A DNA stretch of 64,000 bases from an uncultured candidate division Zixibacteria bacterium (lineage in GTDB: Bacteria > Zixibacteria > MSB-5A5 > GN15 > PGXB01), in contig OY969724.1 in assembly GCA_963702205.1 (NCBI GenBank), positions 3,168,001 to 3,232,000 on the forward strand. The letters are read 5' to 3'. Positions 19,917 through 29,227 of this stretch are shown here, in pieces. Every line of letters starts with the position of its first letter. The first letter of the stretch is position 1. The translations under genes and the position numbers were made by a program. The notes below the pieces were generated by a model. That model was not told the DNA's origin. It saw nothing but the letters and a program-made list of their open reading frames with translations, and made no database searches.

Positions 19917-20519
19917 CTATTTCCTGGTGTACACGCCCCTCATCGAGATAAACCAGTTTTCACCGTCCATGGAATTTTCCATCATCCACTTGAATTCCTT
20001 GTCGGTTATGTCATACGTCGTAGTGCGTGTATGCATCTTTTGTCCGTTCATGAGGTCTTCGCCGCTCATGACCATCTTGCCGTCGGCGAAGGTGCCGGTA
20101 TACATCGACAGCCGGGCACCAACATTGTCGAGCCAGGTTTCCTGCCACATTTTGGTTTCACGGTCATAAGTATTCAGTCCCATCCCGTGATATTCCATGC
20201 CCATCATCATTCCGGTCATATCCATTTGCAAGGCTGCACCGTCGCAGACGAATTTGAACGATGCATCCGCCTCGTGGGATACCCAGTCGGCCTCGGGGGA
20301 CATCTTGAATTGCCCGGCGTAATGCCAGTCACCGACCATACTGGCCACTTCCTGGAGCTCCTTCGGCGGGCCCATTTCCGGCATTTGGCCTTCCTCAATC
20401 ATGCCCTCGCCCTGTTTCATGCCCTCCTTTTTCATCATTCCTTCGTCCTGGGCCACCGCGACCGACACCAGCAGGGCCATCAGCGCCAGAATCAGAATAG
20501 CTCTTCCCTTTAGATTCAT
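19917..20519 (-). CDS. Secreted DUF1579-like protein, Met-rich
   Basis: Signal peptide; MVGDW...YHGMGLNTYDRETKMWQETWLDN pattern. Confidence 0.7.
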   Translation of the reverse strand: MNLKGRAILILALMALLVSVAVAQDEGMMKKEGMKQGEGMIEEGQMPEMGPPKELQEVASMVGDWHYAGQFKMSPEADWVSHEADASFKFVCDGAALQMDMTGMMMGMEYHGMGLNTYDRETKMWQETWLDNVGARLSMYTGTFADGKMVMSGEDLMNGQKMHTRTTTYDITDKEFKWMMENSMDGENWFISMRGVYTRK

Positions 20520-20793
20520 TACATCCTCCATCAAAGGTTTTTAGGTTACGTACGGTATTTTTATATCGTGATACGATATTTCTCGTCCGATAAATTTACG
20601 CAAAGTCCCGTGAAAAAGAAATCACAATTTGAGGGTATGGAAAATCTTTCCATTTGCAAGTGATTATAAAGTATTACTTTAAGTAAAATCAATAATTATA
20701 TAAATAGCAGCGAATATAAGCGGCCAGAAATCAAATGACGATATTTTCAGATTTTCACTTCACCACCTATTTCCTGGCCATCGGAGGATACGC

Positions 20794-22698
20794 CTATCCG
20801 GTTACCGGACTGACATTGCTCGCAATGGCAAGATCCAATGGATTTTGCACTGCCGATCCCTCCGGTATCAGTGTCTTCAACTCGGCACTTAGTTCATTGA
20901 GGTCGGCGAGGAATTTCCCGCGCTGCTCCCGAGTGAATTTATCTGCCAAGTTGAAATAATATTCGATTCCCGCCTGCAGGTTATCCCTGAAATCCATATA
21001 GTACTGACCATTACGGCGGGCTAATCCGAGCGCTAATCGATCCAATTCGGTCTTCAGATAATCCATATACAGCTTTAATTCCCGGATGAACATGTGCGGA
21101 CGGTTGCCATTGGTAATAAGCGAGAAGCGACCGTATATATGATCCACCATTTCATCGAGACTGGCGACACGGGAGAAATCGGCTATTCCCGGGCCTGGGC
21201 AAATTGCGGAGGCAATTTCCGGATCGAAGCCATGCTTTATCGCGGCCCCGCCCGATAACTCATGGCATATGCAGGCTTTGGCCAGGACCTCATCGGTCAG
21301 GAATTTCTTCTGTTCCGAGGAAAAACCGGCGGCGGCGATTTCGGCAAGTTTCCTGGCCTGATATGCCCGAGAAGCCGTGCACATCGGCTGACCCGGATAA
21401 TCCGTATTATAGCGAAGATATCCTTTCGGACAGGGGCTGCCGGGATGCCCTGATTTTATCCTCGACCGGCGCGAGATTTCGCTGGCGGACGTGTGAAGAT
21501 TCCAAAATGGAACTCCCAGAGGCGAAGCAGCACTCAAAAATATATCCGATTCGTCCGCCCGTTCAAGCTTGCTGAGAAGTTCATTATCAATATTGGTTAC
21601 TTCGGGGACCAATAAGAACGGCGTCCCCCATCCGGTTCCGTCGATATCATAATAATGCCGCAGGAAGCAATCTTCCTCAAACGTGCCAATCCCCCCCTGT
21701 ACCGTAAAGCGGGTTGAGGGTAATTTTCTCGGAATCGGGCGTCCGGCCGAAGTAAGAGCCTTGATTAGAATCGTGAACGAGCGATCCAGCATCGATGAAC
21801 GCTCGGTTCGGAACGTCTCGATAATTGGCCCCATCAGGTTCCCCCTGGTCGGAAAGGCATGCCCGCCACAATTCAGACCCGACTCGACGCGATATTCGGA
21901 AACCCAAATGCCTTTCGAGGCGAGCAGCTTTCCCTGAATTTCGGCGGACCTGAAATTGCTCACCTTGAGAATGATCTTTTTTTTGATTTCTCCATCGGTC
22001 CCGATGAAGAAATCGCTAAATTGTCCCAGATTGCCGAAAAGCCTTCTATTCATTCCCGCGGAAAATACTATACTTGAATGCAGATCGGACCGAGCGTAAC
22101 CGTGCAATGCCGATACCGCGAGGGTCCGCTCGTCCGGATTTTTTACGTCTCGTCGGTATAACGTTCCATCGACCTTGGTCATAATATTTACATCTATACT
22201 GCCCGCTCGGATCGAGGAACGAAGTCTATCCTGCATTCTTTTCCGCAATTCGGGATCAGTGGTTGTCATCATGCGTCGATATTCGCGCTTGAGAGGCGCC
22301 TCGGGCAGTAATTCGAAATACCGGCAGATATCGCTGCCCGGCTCGAAGGACTCTCCGCGAAGATTTTCAACCTGCTTCACCACAATTTGATTCAGCAGAT
22401 TCAGATAAGCCGTGATACGATTTACGCGGGCATCGGGAGCATCAACATCTATCGGGCAATAGTCATGACCGAATTCGCGGCACAACTGCTTCCGCATGGA
22501 CTCGATTAATATATCGTCCCCGATTGATAAAACCGAATTGATGCCGTATCGGGCCACCCGCACCGGAGCGTCTATTGTAAACCCGGTCCCCATAACCGGA
22601 ATGTAAAAAGAGTGGGGCTGAGTAACGGTGGTGGATTTATCTTCAACGTCCTTAGTCTTTATATCTTCGGGCAGGATGTCCTCTCTCTTGCAAGCCAT
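20794..22698 (-). CDS. Conserved hypothetical protein; probable FMN-dependent TIM-barrel oxidoreductase distantly related to nitronate monooxygenase/FabK/FabX
   Basis: Ordered motifs IPVMGTG, DVNIM, FSAG, VESGLNCGGH, VQGGIG, GWGTPF, SPLGVP, then a Cys-rich tail; ATG 22698 follows a GAGGTG SD. Confidence 0.55.
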   Translation of the reverse strand: MACKREDILPEDIKTKDVEDKSTTVTQPHSFYIPVMGTGFTIDAPVRVARYGINSVLSIGDDILIESMRKQLCREFGHDYCPIDVDAPDARVNRITAYLNLLNQIVVKQVENLRGESFEPGSDICRYFELLPEAPLKREYRRMMTTTDPELRKRMQDRLRSSIRAGSIDVNIMTKVDGTLYRRDVKNPDERTLAVSALHGYARSDLHSSIVFSAGMNRRLFGNLGQFSDFFIGTDGEIKKKIILKVSNFRSAEIQGKLLASKGIWVSEYRVESGLNCGGHAFPTRGNLMGPIIETFRTERSSMLDRSFTILIKALTSAGRPIPRKLPSTRFTVQGGIGTFEEDCFLRHYYDIDGTGWGTPFLLVPEVTNIDNELLSKLERADESDIFLSAASPLGVPFWNLHTSASEISRRSRIKSGHPGSPCPKGYLRYNTDYPGQPMCTASRAYQARKLAEIAAAGFSSEQKKFLTDEVLAKACICHELSGGAAIKHGFDPEIASAICPGPGIADFSRVASLDEMVDHIYGRFSLITNGNRPHMFIRELKLYMDYLKTELDRLALGLARRNGQYYMDFRDNLQAGIEYYFNLADKFTREQRGKFLADLNELSAELKTLIPEGSAVQNPLDLAIASNVSPVTG

Positions 22699-22702
22699 CA
22701 GA

Positions 22703-23272
22703 TCACCTCTTTCGTATTCCATTATATATCATGTCTATTATTACGGCGGCGTAATCCGAGGCCGCAATACCCTGGGCCTCCAGCACCCATGGCAATTCAA
22801 TCGACTGAAACGTCACCGCCGTAATATGGGCGCACAGATCAACTCTTTTCATCTGCAGTTCGCCATCGCGGATGCCCTGTTGCAATATACGTTTAATTAT
22901 ATCCTTTTCTTCTTCGAAAAACCAGCCGGCCAATTTACTAAGATAGGAATTGAAGGCTCCCCAGGAATCTTCGTTAACACCATACCTCACGACCAGTTCG
23001 CGGACTTTTGTCAGACGGGTCAGAATATATGACCGGAATTTCTCCACAGACGTCGCTTCCGCGTCAACCACCGAACCTAAAGCCACCAAAAATGTCCGAC
23101 ATTCTATTTCCACGATACGCTCGAAAATCTCCGTCTTGTTGCGATAGTGCTTGTATATGGTCGCTTTTGAGATATGGGCGGCCCTGGAGATGTCATCGGT
23201 GGTGACCTTTTTGGGTCCGAATTTCGCGAAAAGCTCTCGCGCCGAATCTAAAATTTTATCTTCTTTTAACAT
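22703..23272 (-). CDS. TetR/AcrR family transcriptional regulator
   Basis: ILDSARELFAKFG...TTDDISRAAHISKATIYKHYRNK HTH. Confidence 0.93.
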   Translation of the reverse strand: MLKEDKILDSARELFAKFGPKKVTTDDISRAAHISKATIYKHYRNKTEIFERIVEIECRTFLVALGSVVDAEATSVEKFRSYILTRLTKVRELVVRYGVNEDSWGAFNSYLSKLAGWFFEEEKDIIKRILQQGIRDGELQMKRVDLCAHITAVTFQSIELPWVLEAQGIAASDYAAVIIDMIYNGIRKR

Positions 23273-23288
23273 ATACTCAAATTTCACA

Positions 23289-23331
23289 AAAAACGTATTT
23301 TACATTATACGTTTTTACGTTTTTCGCGCAA
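23289..23331 (-). promoter_or_regulatory. TetR operator palindrome overlapping the promoter -10
   Basis: AAAAACGTAT-N8-ATACGTTTTT (23289-23316); TTGCGC-N16-TATAAT on the minus strand. Confidence 0.7.
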
Positions 23332-23437
23332 TACAAATCTATTGTTTTCAAGAAGAATCTTGTACCAGAAGATTGGGCATCCCGGTTGATGCCCCTCAAT
23401 AACCGGGATATTGGAAATTTATCTGAAAAATGGCCTG

Positions 23438-23737
23438 CTATCTTTTCGCCGTCAGTCTCAGTCTCTGTGGTTTCGATCCCGGTATACGTTCTATAATCCC
23501 CCGTCTTTCCATGTCAAGTTTGACCGTCGTCGTATACCAGCCGATCGACCCATCGAACGGCTCTTTCAGCACGGTCCGGACTTTGGCCGGGAGATTCTGG
23601 AAAGCGATTTCGCCGTAGCGGCCCAGCACTTCCAGAATGCACTCTTCGATTATTCCGTATTTGGCTTTATTGACCCGCACGCCTTTTTTGCCGGGCGTGA
23701 CGGTTTGTGTAAGCATGGTCTCTTTTTTATCCATCAT
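23438..23737 (-). CDS. Small conserved hypothetical protein (DUF6958-like)
   Basis: FDGSIGWYTTTVKLDMERRGIIERIP conserved-looking motif; SD present. Confidence 0.65.
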   Translation of the reverse strand: MMDKKETMLTQTVTPGKKGVRVNKAKYGIIEECILEVLGRYGEIAFQNLPAKVRTVLKEPFDGSIGWYTTTVKLDMERRGIIERIPGSKPQRLRLTAKR

Positions 23738-23750
23738 AAATCTCCCGTAG

Positions 23751-25973
23751 TTAGTCTTCCTCGTACTGACGTTTGAGGTTTATCAAAACGTCGGGGTCGG
23801 CCAGCGTCGTGACGTCCCCCAGCACCTGGCCGGTGGCGATATCTCGTAGCAGCCGCCGCATAATTTTGCCCGAGCGAGTTTTGGGCAGATCGGGGGCGTG
23901 AATGATTTTCTCCGGGCGGGCGATGCTCCCTATTTTTTGCGCCACAAAATCCTTGAGCCGCGCCACCAGTTTGTCATCGAATTCGTACTTGCCGCCCAGC
24001 GTGACGAACGCCGCCAGGCATTTCCCCTTGAGTTCGTGCGGAATCCCGACCACGGCCGCTTCGACCACGGCGTCGTGCTCGACCAGCGCCGACTCCACTT
24101 CCATCGTCGAAATGCGGTGCCCGGCCGTGTTGATCACATCGTCGACCCGTCCCAGTATCCAGAAATATCCGTCTTCATCGACTTTGGCCCCGTCACCGGG
24201 GAAATATATACCATCCCATTTCGACCAGTACGTCTCAATAAATCTTTTACGGTCACCCCAGATACCGCGAATCATGCCCGGCCACGGTTTCGTGATGGCC
24301 AGGTACCCCCCGCCTTTCCTGATCTCTTTGCCTTTGTCGTCGAGAATTTTGGCTTCGATGCCCGGAAACGGTTTGGTCGCCGAACCCGGCTTGGTTTGGG
24401 TTACTCCCGGCAGAGGCGTTATCATGATATGCCCGGTTTCGGTCTGCCACCAGGTATCGACAATCGGGCAGTTTTCATGGCCGATATATTCGTGGTACCA
24501 TATCCACGCTTCGGGATTGATCGGCTCACCGACCGTGCCCAGCAGCCGCAGCGAACTTAAGTCGTGCTTTTTGGTCCATTCGACACCCCATTTCATGAAC
24601 GCCCGGATCGCGGTTGGGGCGGTGTAGAACACCGTCACGCCGAAATCCTCGACCATCTGCCAGAACCGGTCGCGGTCCGGCCAGTCCGGCGCGCCCTCGT
24701 ACATCACCTGGGTCGCCCCGTTGGCGGTCGGACCATACACTAAATATGAGTGCCCGGTCACCCAGCCGATATCGGCCGTACACCAGAAAACGTCGTCATC
24801 GCGAATATCGAAAACATATTTCGACGTCGCGTATACTCCGGTCAGATAACCGCCGGTTGTGTGGACTATGCCCTTCGGCTTGCCGGTCGTGCCGGAGGTG
24901 TACAGAATAAACAGCGGATGTTCGCTGTCGACATAGGTCGGCGGGCAGTTCGCGTCGGCTTCCTGCATGTGGCGATGGTACCAGTGGTCCCGGCCCTCTT
25001 TTACGCGCAGCAGGAAATCGCCGCGCTTGACGATTACGACTTTTTCGATAGTCGGGCACTGCAAAAGGGCGGTGTCGGCATCGTGTTTGAGCGGGATTAT
25101 CTGCCCGCGACGATAACCGCCGTCGGCGGTGATCAAAAGCCTGGCCCCGAGGTCATTGATACGGTCCCGCAGCGATTCCGGAGAAAAACCGCCGAACACG
25201 ACCGAATGTATCGCGCCGATTCGCGCGCAGGCCAGCGACGTGATAACCAGTTCGGGGATCATCGGAAGATATATCGCGACGCGGTCGCCCTTCTTGACGC
25301 CCAGCTTCTTGAGGACGTTGGCGAACTTGCAGACGTCGCGGTGAAGCTCGAAATAGGTCAGCGTCCGGCGGTCGCCCGGTTCGCCTTCCCAGATCAGGGC
25401 CGCTTTGTTTTTGCGACCGTTGACAAGGTGACGGTCGAGGCACGACTCCGTTATGTTCAACTTGCCGCCGTCGAACCAACGGGCATCGGGCGCTTTCCAC
25501 TTGAGGCCGGTCGTCCATTTTTTCTTCCAGACCAGCTCCGTTGCGATATTTTCCCAGTACTTGACGAAATCTTTTTTGGCCGACGAATAAAGCTGTTTGG
25601 TTCCGTTGGCGTGGCGGATGAAACCGTTGGGTGGACGGAAGGTCCGCTTTTCGGTTAACAGTGTGTCTATTGTGGCGGTTACGGCGTCTTTTTTAGGTTT
25701 GGATTTTTTGGCACCCGCCCCCGAACTGACGCTCTGCCGAGTGATTTTGCCGTTTCCGATTGCGGTTTTGCGCTCGGTTGTGACGCTTCGGCCGCTTTGA
25801 GCTTTTTTGCTGGAGCGGTTCGACTTTGCCTTTTGAACTTTTTGGTCAGCGTGGGCGGCAGACCCTTCTGGATTCAGGGGGCCTGTCCACATCTGCCCCT
25901 TGTCCAATGTGCTTTTCTGTCCGCCTTTTGCACTTGACTTTGGAACATAGCCGGTTGTTTTTTTCGTCGGCAT
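23751..25973 (-). CDS. acs: Acetyl-CoA synthetase (AMP-forming) with a long basic N-terminal extension
   Basis: YTSGTTGKPKG, DTWWQTETG, PKTRSGKIMRR. Confidence 0.95.
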   Translation of the reverse strand: MPTKKTTGYVPKSSAKGGQKSTLDKGQMWTGPLNPEGSAAHADQKVQKAKSNRSSKKAQSGRSVTTERKTAIGNGKITRQSVSSGAGAKKSKPKKDAVTATIDTLLTEKRTFRPPNGFIRHANGTKQLYSSAKKDFVKYWENIATELVWKKKWTTGLKWKAPDARWFDGGKLNITESCLDRHLVNGRKNKAALIWEGEPGDRRTLTYFELHRDVCKFANVLKKLGVKKGDRVAIYLPMIPELVITSLACARIGAIHSVVFGGFSPESLRDRINDLGARLLITADGGYRRGQIIPLKHDADTALLQCPTIEKVVIVKRGDFLLRVKEGRDHWYHRHMQEADANCPPTYVDSEHPLFILYTSGTTGKPKGIVHTTGGYLTGVYATSKYVFDIRDDDVFWCTADIGWVTGHSYLVYGPTANGATQVMYEGAPDWPDRDRFWQMVEDFGVTVFYTAPTAIRAFMKWGVEWTKKHDLSSLRLLGTVGEPINPEAWIWYHEYIGHENCPIVDTWWQTETGHIMITPLPGVTQTKPGSATKPFPGIEAKILDDKGKEIRKGGGYLAITKPWPGMIRGIWGDRKRFIETYWSKWDGIYFPGDGAKVDEDGYFWILGRVDDVINTAGHRISTMEVESALVEHDAVVEAAVVGIPHELKGKCLAAFVTLGGKYEFDDKLVARLKDFVAQKIGSIARPEKIIHAPDLPKTRSGKIMRRLLRDIATGQVLGDVTTLADPDVLINLKRQYEED

Positions 25974-26096
25974 ATCTTTCTCCGATAATGATTTAATACC
26001 ATATATACGACGAAATATAGAACAAATCAGGACAAATTCAGTTCCCATTTGGGGGGTTGGTGATTTAGTGGTGTGATGGGCTGACGCAGCATGATT

Positions 26097-26123
26097 GTCA
26101 GGAGCTCGCGGCTCCGGACCTAC
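26097..26123 (-). repeat. REP-like palindrome with GTAG foot; degenerate second copy near 26342-26364
   Basis: Minus strand reads GTAG-GTCCGGAGC-CGCGA-GCTCCTGAC; ATGATTGTCAGGAGC recurs at 26091 and 26336. Confidence 0.6.
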
Positions 26124-26161
26124 TGGGACTCATGACTAACTGGGCCGGCAAGCAAGGACAT

Positions 26162-26298
26162 TGTGATCGACAGACGCCCTCGTCTGTCGATTGCCAGTAA
26201 TGGCATTATAATTGGATTTTGTAATAAAGATCAGTTATGTAATCCGGCCGTTTAAGATTGATCATATTCGCGGCAGACGAAGGCGTCCGCCGCGCACA
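26162..26298. repeat. REPIN-like element, copy 1 (137 bp)
   Basis: TGTG-ATCGACAGACG-CCCT-CGTCTGTCGAT, AT-rich spacer, then inverted CGCGGCAGACG-AAGG-CGTCCGCCGCG-CACA. Confidence 0.8.
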
Positions 26299-26487
26299 GA
26301 AATTGGGGTGTTATGGCAGACCCTACGCTTTAAGAATGATTGTCAGGAGCACACGGCTACCTATGGGACTTACTACCTAGCACAATTGCGAAAAGTGAAA
26401 AGTCGCGAAACGCCGATACTTGTAATAGCCGTCAATTAGCGTTGTTGCCGCACCCACAGACGGACGCCAGCCGAGTCCAATCCATTA

Positions 26488-26624
26488 TGTGATCGACAGA
26501 CGCCCTCGTCTGTCGATTGTCAGTAATGGCATTATAATGGGATTTTTGAATAAAGATCAGTTATGTAATCCGGCTGTTCAAGATTGATCATACTCGCGGC
26601 AGACGAGGGCGTCTGCCGCGCACA
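26488..26624. repeat. REPIN-like element, copy 2 (137 bp)
   Basis: Direct repeat of 26162-26298 with about nine substitutions by manual alignment. Confidence 0.8.
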
Positions 26625-26818
26625 GAATGCGACGCGACCATTGTTGTATCTTCATGTTGATCTGTGGACGTCCGCAATTCGCAAATGGGAGCAAATCCCG
26701 CTCGATACATCAATATCCTTCACTCCCAAAAGACCTGAAGGCAAGCTCGTCTTTACGATATCGTTCTGAAAAAATTTCCGTCTCCATAACCGCCCAAAAC
26801 CCTTCAGTTGCGGGCTTT

Positions 26819-26893
26819 TTGGACAATCTTGTCCAATATCCAAAACAGGCACGGATATAATTCATTGACACATTTTGGGTTTCACGGTATATT
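26819..26893 (+). promoter_or_regulatory. Sigma70 promoter with an upstream palindromic binding site
   Basis: TTGACA-N17-TATATT (26865-26893); palindrome TTGGACAA-TC-TTGTCCAA (26819-26836). Confidence 0.65.
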
Positions 26894-26950
26894 TTATGCA
26901 GGTTAGCCAAATCATAATTCCTTTAAATATCCGCTTCCAAGGAGGAGGCC

Positions 26951-28717
26951 ATGAGCAACTACCACAAAACTTCCGCATTCGCGGTCCTCTGCATGATTTT
27001 CATCTGTGCTCCGATCATCAATGCCGCCAATGTCTTCATCGACGCCCAGGTGACGTCGCTGGGGTCCAATCCCAATGTCGTTAAAATGGGCGATGACTTC
27101 ACGATCGACATCTATATGCAAAATTCGTCCGGCGGCGTCATCAACGGCTACAGCAGCACCTGGATCATATACAGCCCCACCGGGGCCAATGTCAGTTATA
27201 TCGATCTGGGTGGAGGAACCTATGGTTTCCCGAGCATGATCCTTCCCAGCGATGGCTGGCTGCCATCATTTACTCCCGGTGCATACTACTGGACCACGCT
27301 GAACACGTACACGCTGTTCGGCATGGACGGTAATTTGCCGGATACGTTTAACCATACAACCGTGGGAATTCCTCCCAATTCCGCCTGGCCCGCATCCGAC
27401 AATACGCGCCAGCTGCGTTTTCAGATCGGCATGCACGGCGACGAGGGCGGTACGATTTGTATCGATTCCACAAGCTATGCGCCCAACCCGGATTACAACT
27501 GGCTCTGGCTGGCACCGTCAGTACCGGAATGGGTGGGCGATGCGTTCTGTTTTGAAGTCGTCGCCCCTGCCCCGCCTATCCTGGCTCCTATCGGCGACCA
27601 GTCCGTAACCGAGGGTGATACGCTGACGCTGAATCTTTCGGCGACCGACGCCGACAGTGAAGACCTTACTTTTTCGGTGGCGCCGCCGGTCCCGCACGCA
27701 ACGCTCACGGATCACCATAATAAAACCGCGACATACAAATTTATGCCCGATTTTAATCAGGATGGGGACATCAATGTCACCTTCACCGTCTCTGATGGTG
27801 TTCTTACCGATGACGAAACGATCACGATAACCGTAATCGACGCGCCCGACTCCGACAACGACGGTTTTGCGGATAATAAAGACAACTGCCCGACGACCTA
27901 CAATCCCAACCAGAAGGATACCGATCACGACAGCATCGGCGATGTCTGCGACAACTGCCCATCGGTCGCCAATTTCGATCAGTCGGATTTTGACGGCGAC
28001 GGTGATGGTGATTTGTGCGACGCCGACGACGACAATGATGGTATCGACGACGTCGCCGACAACTGCCAGTTCGGATATAATCCCGGGCAGGAAGACGCCG
28101 ACGGCGACGGTATGGGTGACGCCTGTGACCCCGACGACGACGATGACGGCATTCTCGACGACGGCGACGGCAGTGGTGTCGCCGGAGATTTCCCATGCAC
28201 CGGAGGGCTGACCGGTAATTGTGACGACAACTGCCCGACCACGTACAACCCGGATCAGACCGACGATAATTCCAACGGCGTCGGTGACGTCTGTGAAGCC
28301 GACATTGATGGTGACGGCGTTCTGAACGCCAACGACAACTGCCCGTACACGTACAATCCCGGTCAGGAAAACAACGACGAAGACTCAGAAGGTGACGTCT
28401 GTGACCCTGACGACGACAACGACGGTGTCCCGGATATAAGTGACAACTGCGTGTTGGTCTACAATCCGGATCAGAGCGATTTTAATGGCAATGGCGTCGG
28501 TGATGCCTGCGATTATAAATGCGGCGATGTCAATATCGACGGATATGTAAATCTGATCGACATACTTTATATTCTTAACTACTTGTATCAAATACCGCCC
28601 GGACCAGATCCCTATTTTCCGGCTTCGGATACCAACGGGGACGGGACATTAAACTTGATTGACGCAATTTACTTGATTAACCATTTATACAGGGACGGCC
28701 CGGTTCCGATATGTTAG
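26951..28717 (+). CDS. Secreted protein: cohesin-like beta domain, Ig/cadherin-like domain, thrombospondin type-3 Ca-binding repeats, C-terminal dockerin-like domain
   Basis: GGAGG SD and signal peptide; PILAPIGDQSVTEG..ATDAD..FTVSDG; repeated DxDxDGxGDxCDNCP; duplicated CGDVNIDGYVNLIDILY / DTNGDGTLNLIDAIYL. Confidence 0.8.
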   Translation: MSNYHKTSAFAVLCMIFICAPIINAANVFIDAQVTSLGSNPNVVKMGDDFTIDIYMQNSSGGVINGYSSTWIIYSPTGANVSYIDLGGGTYGFPSMILPSDGWLPSFTPGAYYWTTLNTYTLFGMDGNLPDTFNHTTVGIPPNSAWPASDNTRQLRFQIGMHGDEGGTICIDSTSYAPNPDYNWLWLAPSVPEWVGDAFCFEVVAPAPPILAPIGDQSVTEGDTLTLNLSATDADSEDLTFSVAPPVPHATLTDHHNKTATYKFMPDFNQDGDINVTFTVSDGVLTDDETITITVIDAPDSDNDGFADNKDNCPTTYNPNQKDTDHDSIGDVCDNCPSVANFDQSDFDGDGDGDLCDADDDNDGIDDVADNCQFGYNPGQEDADGDGMGDACDPDDDDDGILDDGDGSGVAGDFPCTGGLTGNCDDNCPTTYNPDQTDDNSNGVGDVCEADIDGDGVLNANDNCPYTYNPGQENNDEDSEGDVCDPDDDNDGVPDISDNCVLVYNPDQSDFNGNGVGDACDYKCGDVNIDGYVNLIDILYILNYLYQIPPGPDPYFPASDTNGDGTLNLIDAIYLINHLYRDGPVPIC

Positions 28718-29227
28718 TGCCGGCAGTGTGATGAATTTCTGGAGATTAAAAATAAATGGGGTATATGTACGATCATATGCCCCGTTTTGATAACTTTATA
28801 GTAAGATATTAGCATGATAAATGTTTTCAGAAACCCGACATGGAATGTCGGGCCACTTCGGCCCTTCCAGCCTCTTTTAAACTGTTTTAAATAAGACCAA
28901 ATGGCGCCGAAGCGAATCTCAAACAGGCAAAAACCTGTTGATATTTGAACCAAATGCGCTATATTTTATTTAGACTTGAGAAACAGGTTGTAAGGCAATT
29001 TCAACCAAAGATCAGACTCTGCTTCGCCTTATTATTCGTTGAACGCCCAGGAGAGTGTATGAAATGTTTTAGACATTTCCTGATTAAGTGCATTCTACAT
29101 ATATATGCCCTAATTATTTTGGCTGCTATAGCCCAATTGATTTCTTCCGATCGAGTAATGATTGATCAATTGCGCAAAGTATTTTTTTGCGGTCAGCAAA
29201 CTTGATGATTATTTGGCAGGAGGGATT

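Noticed and set aside
26091..26624. Possible CRISPR array
   Set aside because: Only two units, the spacers are near-identical, the hairpins are inverted, and there are no cas genes
26584..26910. Short ORFs between the REPIN cluster and the dockerin gene, and similar ones at 28714-29205
   Set aside because: No RBS or recognisable motif, and they overlap repeat or promoter elements
27848..28510. Recurrent GACAACTGCCC-type nucleotide repeats
   Set aside because: Explained by coding thrombospondin type-3 repeats (DNCP)
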